DNA of 64,000 nt from Rubripirellula sp. (lineage in GTDB: Bacteria; Planctomycetota; Planctomycetia; Pirellulales; Pirellulaceae). The DNA is taken from positions 7,072,001 through 7,136,000 of the forward strand of contig OZ244207.1 in NCBI GenBank assembly GCA_965216875.1, given 5' to 3'. The first letter of the stretch is position 1. Each line of letters begins with the position of its first letter. Made by a program: the position numbers and the translations under genes. Below the pieces are notes generated by a model. The model saw only the letters and a program-made list of their open reading frames with translations. It was not told the DNA's origin and ran no database searches. Below are positions 58,001-64,000 of the stretch, one piece after another.

Positions 58001-59465
58001 GCTGTGCGAAGTGACCGATCCAGTTGCCAAACGAGTTCAGTACATTGATCTGGGCCCCGCCGTTGTTCGTCCTTCGGCAGTGATCACACCCAAGGTTGCG
58101 TTCGACGCTGCCGCACGCCGTTTAACGCTTTCGATGGACGCACACGCGAGCAGCGTCGTGGGTGGGCCTAAGACTTGGGTTCAAGTCGAAGTGCGTGATG
58201 CGTCTACCAATCAATTGATTGCCGAAGACGATGTGGTGCTCCAGCGCGGCGGCCAGGTTGCCAAGGTTTACAGTACAGCGGCAAGCAATGGTCGCCCGGT
58301 CCGAATGCGTTTGAAAGTCGACGGCTGGCCAAGCGGGTATGTGTACGACATTGATACGGCGCGTTCCGATTCCGGCGTCGCATCGGCTGCTGCCAAGCCG
58401 CGTGTCGCCATCGTCGATCCCGCTCGAGAGCTTGTTATCCGTTCAAAGACGGGACAGATCGATGCGCATGTAGCGGTCGACCTGAGTGATCGATGGTTTC
58501 GCTACGGCCAAGACGAGATCGCGGTCGGACTCGATTTGAACCATGATCGCTACCTGCGCGACGAGCCAACCGTGTCATCCAAGCATCCTGTCTCAATTCA
58601 GTTCGCTTGGGCAGGAGTGAATGAACAAGGACAACTTGGAATCAGTAACCGCGTCGGGCACGTGCAACTTCATTTGCCCGTGCGTGGTCAAGCTCGCAAC
58701 CAACGGACGCAATTGATCGCGCAGTTGCGCCGAGGCGCGGAGATCACGTGGAGCCAACCGGTGACGGTCGTTTTCGATGATGAGCCGCCGGTGATCGAGG
58801 ACGTTCAAATCACGTCGGCGATTCCCGCGTCACTGGCCGGGCCACTGCAGATTCGGGTGAGCGTTGACGACGCTGGCTTGAGCGGCGCTGCGGTGGTTCG
58901 AGCCGGATGGGCAACGCTCGGTCAGACCGAATTTACGCCTGAAGTGACAGCAATGGAGGCCCAGCGGATGCAGGATGATCGGTGGGCGGTCGATGTCCCG
59001 GTTGATGGACTTGTGCCAGGCGTCCACACATTGCTAGTACAGGCAACGGACCGCGCCGGGAATGTTGGGAAGACAAAAAGCCTTGCGGTGCAGTTGTATT
59101 CCGCCGAGCAGTTGGCGGAACTGAAAAGCCAGCAAACAACGGCTGTTCACGGCAAGGTTGCCTACGTGAAACGTCCGTTAAAAGGGATCACGGTCAAACT
59201 GCGAAAAGTGATTCCGCCGAACGAGGAATCAGAAGGCGACGCCGATCCACCAGCAGCCAACACGGCACTCGAAACGGTCAGTGACGAGGTGGCTCATCAA
59301 GCCACGACGGCGGTCGATGGCTCGTTTTGGATCAAGGATGTTCGTGCGGGAGATTACGAGCTGCAGGTCGAAGGGCTCTATCGAGGGATGCGGCAACGCA
59401 AGACGATCAAGATCGCCGTGAAACCGCCGCAACCTGCTTCAGTCGATACGATTCGCGTGGATTGA
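55098..59465 (+). CDS. Large membrane-anchored protein: TM, inactive caspase-like domain with EF-hand loop, helical region, Ig-like domains, C-terminal carboxypeptidase-regulatory-like domain
   Basis: TM FLGIFLVGFLVIAF; LIYLAGVA, VIVVDAVQS, AAD..DKDGDGVVTGGEM; DDEPPVI..HTLLVQATDRAGN; VHGKV..TTAVDGSFWIKDV.AGDYEL. Confidence 0.75.
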   Translation: MRRSRNTNDHQSWRPIQRWRQTAASAKRLMIARAALATFLGIFLVGFLVIAFRPMVRPNAVLVTIGPKLETDLSESVQVANQSIQSIWNATEPLHSIEAASPLVLGDAQHVNQFVANHTRRGPRLIYLAGVASPVAGKAMLVSGQSGGATGQSRDAMGQSLDVGEVIQSCAKSMQPSVIVVDAVQSRRLKVGETPELTALEFVRSVSESIEQQGQAPIAVVVCQSEPEQQRSQATGTRCSETLVAALGKAADNKLPATDKDGDGVVTGGEMIDKLTALPRRRAYAGIPRLLSNRPPNYWHGVSLWPVHSIDSSSTETAQSIAEVGAKPTDEESNADSAPQQADELLQVEVTAPTLALAIKLRKLGYDTRRSEECQAITDQLRVFLDDDAVEADVIKWLAEPKIADARWDELVWMRFVCGQSHSWPLKQSLIQCRVLANRVAVETSKHKFLAQRVGKAQWMRLDAERSLASPVRGNHLEYAAGSVSDALARFRLILDDAMVIQQAERIVERDRRRAEELLSMPVRAKSPRYDYVCQRLADVVGLQTCLNRDHEDMIRDCRLLVESIQRRSDMRQTEVARTVRTATDSAPQGSDVDSNFQLFETTQIRVARSALVTELLTGNKIGAVEKKSCEATRCLAHPEAHFDQVASAVVDFRSAIGQAMRHRGRMVARSNQQRALDKLRRIALDAQRYSVDATRTQRDLQIGNARRAIRIAAKLDETIIANLSSGPEIDVQLHGSLARTDNAWLDVTVRHQTQTPAPGWIEIEYDSAVVAVAPITAPAVRASRIGEARYQTVIQQSRQNVDPNHASDDRLQQVRIDLQRIGGAYESAAINVRWVTKENVYRRSVPLELPLPQLATVALGMIGENAGDTQVWRMRANDDRFQTLNLRATDDSSDTLAVRLLAWKTPGMKPPSTLSSRAANEWLSQVAPPVELAKQESVFVKAGEYVPVRFKPHKLKPAAEPITVGTLLCEVTDPVAKRVQYIDLGPAVVRPSAVITPKVAFDAAARRLTLSMDAHASSVVGGPKTWVQVEVRDASTNQLIAEDDVVLQRGGQVAKVYSTAASNGRPVRMRLKVDGWPSGYVYDIDTARSDSGVASAAAKPRVAIVDPARELVIRSKTGQIDAHVAVDLSDRWFRYGQDEIAVGLDLNHDRYLRDEPTVSSKHPVSIQFAWAGVNEQGQLGISNRVGHVQLHLPVRGQARNQRTQLIAQLRRGAEITWSQPVTVVFDDEPPVIEDVQITSAIPASLAGPLQIRVSVDDAGLSGAAVVRAGWATLGQTEFTPEVTAMEAQRMQDDRWAVDVPVDGLVPGVHTLLVQATDRAGNVGKTKSLAVQLYSAEQLAELKSQQTTAVHGKVAYVKRPLKGITVKLRKVIPPNEESEGDADPPAANTALETVSDEVAHQATTAVDGSFWIKDVRAGDYELQVEGLYRGMRQRKTIKIAVKPPQPASVDTIRVD

Positions 59466-59473
59466 GCGTACGG

Positions 59474-60280
59474 ATGAGCGACACGAAAACCAATCACAGG
59501 ACTCACCCGCTTCGGCGTCATCAGGTTTGCATGCTGGTCGCTGCCGTCGCGCTGTTGTGTTCGGGGTGCGCCGGATTCGCAAGGCTTGATCGTGAAGCGA
59601 ACCCACACGCCCACCTTCCGCAAGGCCATCTGGTTGGCGTGAAACAGCCGATGACACTGCCCCGGTTTTTGGGGATCGACGCGTGCGCTCGCAAACTCGG
59701 TTCCTGCGGGCGCGGCGCTGTGCTTTATTGTCAAGCGACGGGTGAGAAGATTGCGGCCGTGGTTCCTGCGCTCGAGCCACCCGCGCCGCCACTGCCGATG
59801 TCGCATCCCGCCAACGCCGAGTCGCCATCGCCGGCAGTCGCTGCCGCACACAAGATGAAAAAAGCCAAGGCCGCCAAGGCCGCCAAGATCAAAGCTGTTG
59901 CGTTCTTGGGGAGCGAAGGTTGTCTTGAAAACCCGCTCGTCGAAGAAGGCATCCTCGCCGCACTCGATGACATTTCAGCCGACGTTCGGATCGCTGCGGT
60001 CGAGGCGGTCGTCAAATCGGCCCAGCGTGGTTGCGACGACAATTGCGTTGAGTGTTCGGACGGTTGCTGTAGCGAGCTGATTCGTTGCAAGTTGACCGCG
60101 ATGGTTTTTGAAATGCGAGACAACGGGTGCTATGTCGAGCCGAGTTCCAAGGCGCGGCGACTGGCACGTTTGGCACTCGATCTGTGCGGCGGCCCCATCG
60201 ATTGCTCACCGGTAACCGTTGTCGATGGCCCCACCGAAGTCCCACCGCCCGCCGTGATGAAAGCGGTCGGAAGCGAATAG
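59474..60280 (+). CDS. Cys-rich putative lipoprotein with HEAT-like repeat
   Basis: Hydrophobic stretch ending LCSG-C (lipobox-like), AALDDISADVRIAAVEAV, EPSSKARRLARLAL, many Cys; begins 8 nt after the previous stop. Confidence 0.75.
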   Translation: MSDTKTNHRTHPLRRHQVCMLVAAVALLCSGCAGFARLDREANPHAHLPQGHLVGVKQPMTLPRFLGIDACARKLGSCGRGAVLYCQATGEKIAAVVPALEPPAPPLPMSHPANAESPSPAVAAAHKMKKAKAAKAAKIKAVAFLGSEGCLENPLVEEGILAALDDISADVRIAAVEAVVKSAQRGCDDNCVECSDGCCSELIRCKLTAMVFEMRDNGCYVEPSSKARRLARLALDLCGGPIDCSPVTVVDGPTEVPPPAVMKAVGSE

Positions 60281-60291
60281 CGTGTGTCGTT

Positions 60292-60809
60292 CTCGCTACC
60301 CCGCTCCGTGTGGTAACGCACACTTGTGACGCTTTGCGTCCTCTTCGTAGGTCATGCTCCGCATGACGGGAATTCGGGCGTAATGCCCGACGCTCGGTGC
60401 ACAGGTCGTAGCTACCTTCGCCAGAAGGTGGTTTCCAACGGTCGAACGCTTTCCACTCGCACCACGCTCTGGCGAGCGTAGCTACGTCGATGGAAAGGCC
60501 CGACGCAAGCGTGTTCGTCTCACGGAAGAGCCTGAAGATTCCGGCTAAAGCTCGGTACTACGAACCTACCTCCTCCCTCGTTACCCCGCTCCGCGTGGTA
60601 ACGCACACTTGTGACGCTCCGCGTCCTCTTCGTAGGTCATGCTCCGCACGACTTGAATTCGGGCGTAATACCCGACGCTCGGTGCACAGGTCGTAGCTAC
60701 CTTCGTCAGAAGGTGGTTTCCAACGGGCGAACGCTTTCCACTCGCACCACCCTCTGGCGAGCGTAGCTACGTCGACAGAAAGGCCCGACGCTAGCGCGTT
60801 CGGCTCACG
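60292..60809. repeat. Direct duplication (285-bp period, about 233 bp matched) of a composite REP block
   Basis: 60292-60524 aligns to 60577-60809 with scattered substitutions. Each copy has families D, G, a B doublet and A, with a family C half-site between copies. Confidence 0.9.
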
Positions 60810-60995
60810 TTTGTACCCCGGAGAATTCGGGCGTAAAGGTCGATGCTAGGTCCGCGTAGCAACTTGCTAGCAAAACCGCTGAGCTGTTTTGGTTCGATTG
60901 CGGATGGCTGAGGGCACAAACGCATCAGATTGACGGGGAGATTGGTCGATCATAACGAGGCGTGAACCACTCGAAACCGTTGACGGATCATTGGC

Positions 60996-61649
60996 ATGAC
61001 TTCCAAAGCTGAAAATCGCCACACGAAACTGAAGAAGGTTGGTAACGTCGGGACGACGGTTGCCAAACACGCGATCTCGGTCACGACGCGTGTTTCCGAT
61101 ATCAAAGAGCTGGGTGTGATCGCCGCGGGCGCGGGGGCTGCCGTCTCGGCCACGGGTGGTGGTTTGGTCATCGCGGGCGGTGTCTTGCAAGTGATTGGCA
61201 TCGGCAAGAACAGCGTTGCCGCGGTCAAGTCACATAATCACATGAAGGGACTCGAAGACATCCAAGCGCGCGCCTCATCGCTAAACGTTTCCTGCAACGG
61301 CGAAGCGATGAAGCATCAGGCGATTGTGGCGAGCATCCTGCCCTACTTGATCGAACAAAAGAAAACCAAGCGGGATCGTCGCGTGCAGAAAGCGATTCCT
61401 TGCGTTGGGTTGCTCGAATCGATTCGCGCGGTTGGCAATTGGGCTTGGAAGAAGCACAAAGGTGAGCTTGGAAAGAAACGCTATGAGTTCGCGGAAATCC
61501 TCGCGTCCCATCTGACGGTAAGTGGTTGCGCATTGGCCGCCGAAATCGTTGCGGAACTGTACGACTTCGAATCGATGGTGTGGTTGCAATCGGCTTGCGA
61601 GCCTGGACTGGCGACCGAATTGATTGCTTCGAAGATGAAGTCGGTTTAA
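60996..61649 (+). CDS. Hypothetical protein with Gly/Ala-rich hydrophobic segment (candidate effector)
   Basis: No signal peptide; LGVIAAGAGAAVSATGGGLVIAGGVLQVIGIG segment; Lys-rich helical remainder. Confidence 0.7.
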   Translation: MTSKAENRHTKLKKVGNVGTTVAKHAISVTTRVSDIKELGVIAAGAGAAVSATGGGLVIAGGVLQVIGIGKNSVAAVKSHNHMKGLEDIQARASSLNVSCNGEAMKHQAIVASILPYLIEQKKTKRDRRVQKAIPCVGLLESIRAVGNWAWKKHKGELGKKRYEFAEILASHLTVSGCALAAEIVAELYDFESMVWLQSACEPGLATELIASKMKSV

Positions 61650-61654
61650 CGCAG

Positions 61655-64000
61655 TTACCGTGTTGCCGACACTTCTGCAACTTCCGCATGAATGCTGCCG
61701 ACGATCGGCTGGTTCTTTTCGGTACGCATCGCACTCTGTTTCATTTCGGAAACCGGGCACACCCAGAACGTGACTCGGTCTTGAGTCGCTGTTTGATCAC
61801 GAGTGGGCTCTTGCGTGTGGCTGAGTTTGCGACGGAAGAAAGTGTGCACACTTGTGTGCCGCTTGGCGTCGTACCAATGAGTCTCGTCGCAGTGGTCGTC
61901 GTTCCCTGCTTTTACGATCAGCATTGAATCGGGCGTTGCACTGGCCGCGTATCGCAGGCGTAGTTGGAACCCGTCTTGGATCGGTTCGATTCGATACTCT
62001 ATGCCCGCAAGCGACGCGAGTGGTTTGTATTGATCGTTGCGGGTTTCGAGTTCGATCGTCATGCCGGTTGGTCGCTGGTCGCAAGTCCAAGCCTTCACTT
62101 CGTATTGCAACGCCTCTTCAGGCCAACGGCGACATTCAAATTGGCCAACGGGACAGACCGTCTCGTCAAGCCAAGCGACCGACCCGGTTCGGTAGACCGA
62201 AGTCGCATCGTTGACCCATGAATGGGCATTCTTTTGCGGTGTGACTTCGAGCCAAATCAGCTCGGGACGCCGCGCTACACGATGGTCTGTTCGTTGCAGC
62301 GAAAGTTGAAGACTGAGGTTGTTTCCGATGAGCTTGGGATGATGGATGGCCAACCGTCGCATCGAAGGTGTTTCGCTGGGATGGACCAACATCGAATCGG
62401 CGGACCAGCCCGAAAGGTAACGCTCCGCGATCGGCATGCCGCCAGCAGGGTCGGTATGCAATCGAATGTGGCTACCGGGTGAAACCGGCGCGATGATGGA
62501 TTGCGTCCCAATCGAAATGTTGACCAGCTCGTTTTCTTGTTCGATTCCGCTCACGGTGATGGTCTTGCCAATTGCGGCGGTGCTCCGCGAAGTGTTGGTT
62601 TCGACTTGGTAGGCGTGGGCGCTTGCAATCTGTTGTAGTTGGCCAAGCAAGTGATTCGCTTCGGTTGCGTCAACGCAAGCCTGCCCGCCAGTTCCTCGCG
62701 CGATCGCGTCAAACTGCTCGATCGCCTCGCGGTCGTTCTTGTCCAGTCCAAAGCCGATCACATGGACTCGAACATGGTTGGCGTTGGCGAGATTGACAAC
62801 CGAATCGAGAGAGACGTCGGCGTCGGGTCTCGGGTTGAATTGATAGTTCTTGCCGTCCGACACAACAACAACATCTTTGATGACGCCATCACCCAATCGA
62901 GTGACATCGTTGATGGCGGTGGTGATGGCAAGCAGCAGCGGAGTTTGCCCCCAGGGGGCGGTCGCAGCCAGGTGCTGACGCGCCTGGCTGAATTGTTCCG
63001 CGGCGAAGCGACCGGTTGGCAATGCAACTTCGACGTCTTCGAAGGGTTGCAGCGTGGGCGGGAATGGGAACTGTTTGTGGTAACGATTCTGAAGGATGAG
63101 TTCTTTGTCTTTGCCAAGTGCCATGCGATGGCCATAAAGGACGACGCCCACGTCGGTGTTGTCGAGCGTCAGTTGCCGGAGCATTTCGATCATGGCGGAT
63201 CGCGCGGCATCAAGCTTCGTTGCACCGAGTCCCGTCGCATGGCGGGCGATCTCGGGGTTGACCGGATCGTTCATCGATGCGGAGCAATCAAACACGAACG
63301 TGACGGCGCGACCGCGGGCAACGCCATCGACAAGGGTGACCTTTGCCGACCGGGGCGCAGCACGATTGTTGGCCGAAACGCCTCGCGAAGTGTCGGTAAT
63401 CGTGACGGGAGCCCAATAGGTGTGGCCGCGAAATCGGAAGGCTGCCTCGGCAGGGTCGCCGTTCCAAGACTTCATCGCGATGTGAGATTTGCGCGGCGCG
63501 TCGTCTTTATCCGACACGGCAAGACTGCGACCATCGGTCGTGTTGTGTTGGGTGACCGTCGCAATTCCCAACCCGACTGGCACTCGGCCTGAATTGGCTG
63601 CCAACTCAATCGAGATTTTGGCAGCTTTCACACCGCCGTCTGAATAGGAGGGGTCACTCGATGCCGACAACGAGAGACCGTGATCGGCACCCTTTACGTG
63701 CTCATTGAGTTGTTTTTCGATGTTTCGCTTGCGCGACGTCCATTGGTTGGAGTCAGGCAGGATCGCGTCGGCGGCATCGAGGAGTCGCGTTGCGGCGACG
63801 GCAAAGTGAGGTTTGTCAGCATCGCGGTCGGTGCGCCAAAAACCTTCCAATGCAACTTCGGCGCGGTCAGCCAATCGGAAGCGGCGCATTCGGTTTTGCG
63901 ATTGCGCGACGGTTTCGGAAAAGGAGCCATCGAGAGTGATGGCAACAACCCGTCGCCATTGCTGTGACGCAAGGTGGACTTCGATTTCAGGCGATGCCAA
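61655..64000 (-). CDS. Large von Willebrand factor A (vWA) domain protein (5' part outside window)
   Basis: MIDAS motif FVFDCSASM, GQTPL, VVVSDG, VHVIGF; ORF open to the window edge. Confidence 0.88.
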   Translation of the reverse strand: MASPEIEVHLASQQWRRVVAITLDGSFSETVAQSQNRMRRFRLADRAEVALEGFWRTDRDADKPHFAVAATRLLDAADAILPDSNQWTSRKRNIEKQLNEHVKGADHGLSLSASSDPSYSDGGVKAAKISIELAANSGRVPVGLGIATVTQHNTTDGRSLAVSDKDDAPRKSHIAMKSWNGDPAEAAFRFRGHTYWAPVTITDTSRGVSANNRAAPRSAKVTLVDGVARGRAVTFVFDCSASMNDPVNPEIARHATGLGATKLDAARSAMIEMLRQLTLDNTDVGVVLYGHRMALGKDKELILQNRYHKQFPFPPTLQPFEDVEVALPTGRFAAEQFSQARQHLAATAPWGQTPLLLAITTAINDVTRLGDGVIKDVVVVSDGKNYQFNPRPDADVSLDSVVNLANANHVRVHVIGFGLDKNDREAIEQFDAIARGTGGQACVDATEANHLLGQLQQIASAHAYQVETNTSRSTAAIGKTITVSGIEQENELVNISIGTQSIIAPVSPGSHIRLHTDPAGGMPIAERYLSGWSADSMLVHPSETPSMRRLAIHHPKLIGNNLSLQLSLQRTDHRVARRPELIWLEVTPQKNAHSWVNDATSVYRTGSVAWLDETVCPVGQFECRRWPEEALQYEVKAWTCDQRPTGMTIELETRNDQYKPLASLAGIEYRIEPIQDGFQLRLRYAASATPDSMLIVKAGNDDHCDETHWYDAKRHTSVHTFFRRKLSHTQEPTRDQTATQDRVTFWVCPVSEMKQSAMRTEKNQPIVGSIHAEVAEVSATR

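Overview
This window looks like a planctomycete chromosome segment, probably Pirellulaceae. That is inferred from tandem sulfatases, a DUF1501 + PSD1/planctomycete cytochrome c pair, an ECF sigma factor next to a kinase, and GTAG-type REP clusters. From 1 to 35 kb it holds housekeeping and lineage-typical genes: two sulfatases, nadK, tdk, sucB, miaA, an ABC ATPase, tRNA-Asp and an XylR-like regulator/PSD1/DUF1501/DUF3365 module. It also carries two apparent pseudoenzymes, an ECF-linked pseudokinase and a DNase I-like pseudonuclease. From 35.6 to 64 kb lies a type VI secretion locus (tssK-L-M'-A-B-C-hcp-E-F-G-vgrG-FHA/DUF6931-PAAR) with an unusual membrane complex. TssM stops right after its last TM helix, and no tssJ or clpV is visible in the window. 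The locus is flanked by an outer-membrane beta-barrel candidate, a 1455-aa membrane-anchored pseudo-caspase/EF-hand/Ig-like protein, a Cys-rich lipoprotein, a large vWA protein, a Ser/Thr kinase and an orphan Gly/Ala-rich candidate effector. My main hypothesis is a planctomycete-specific T6SS variant with a substitute trans-envelope complex. Intergenic regions carry mosaics of at least seven palindromic REP-like families. All family assignments come from motif recognition by eye; no searches were run.
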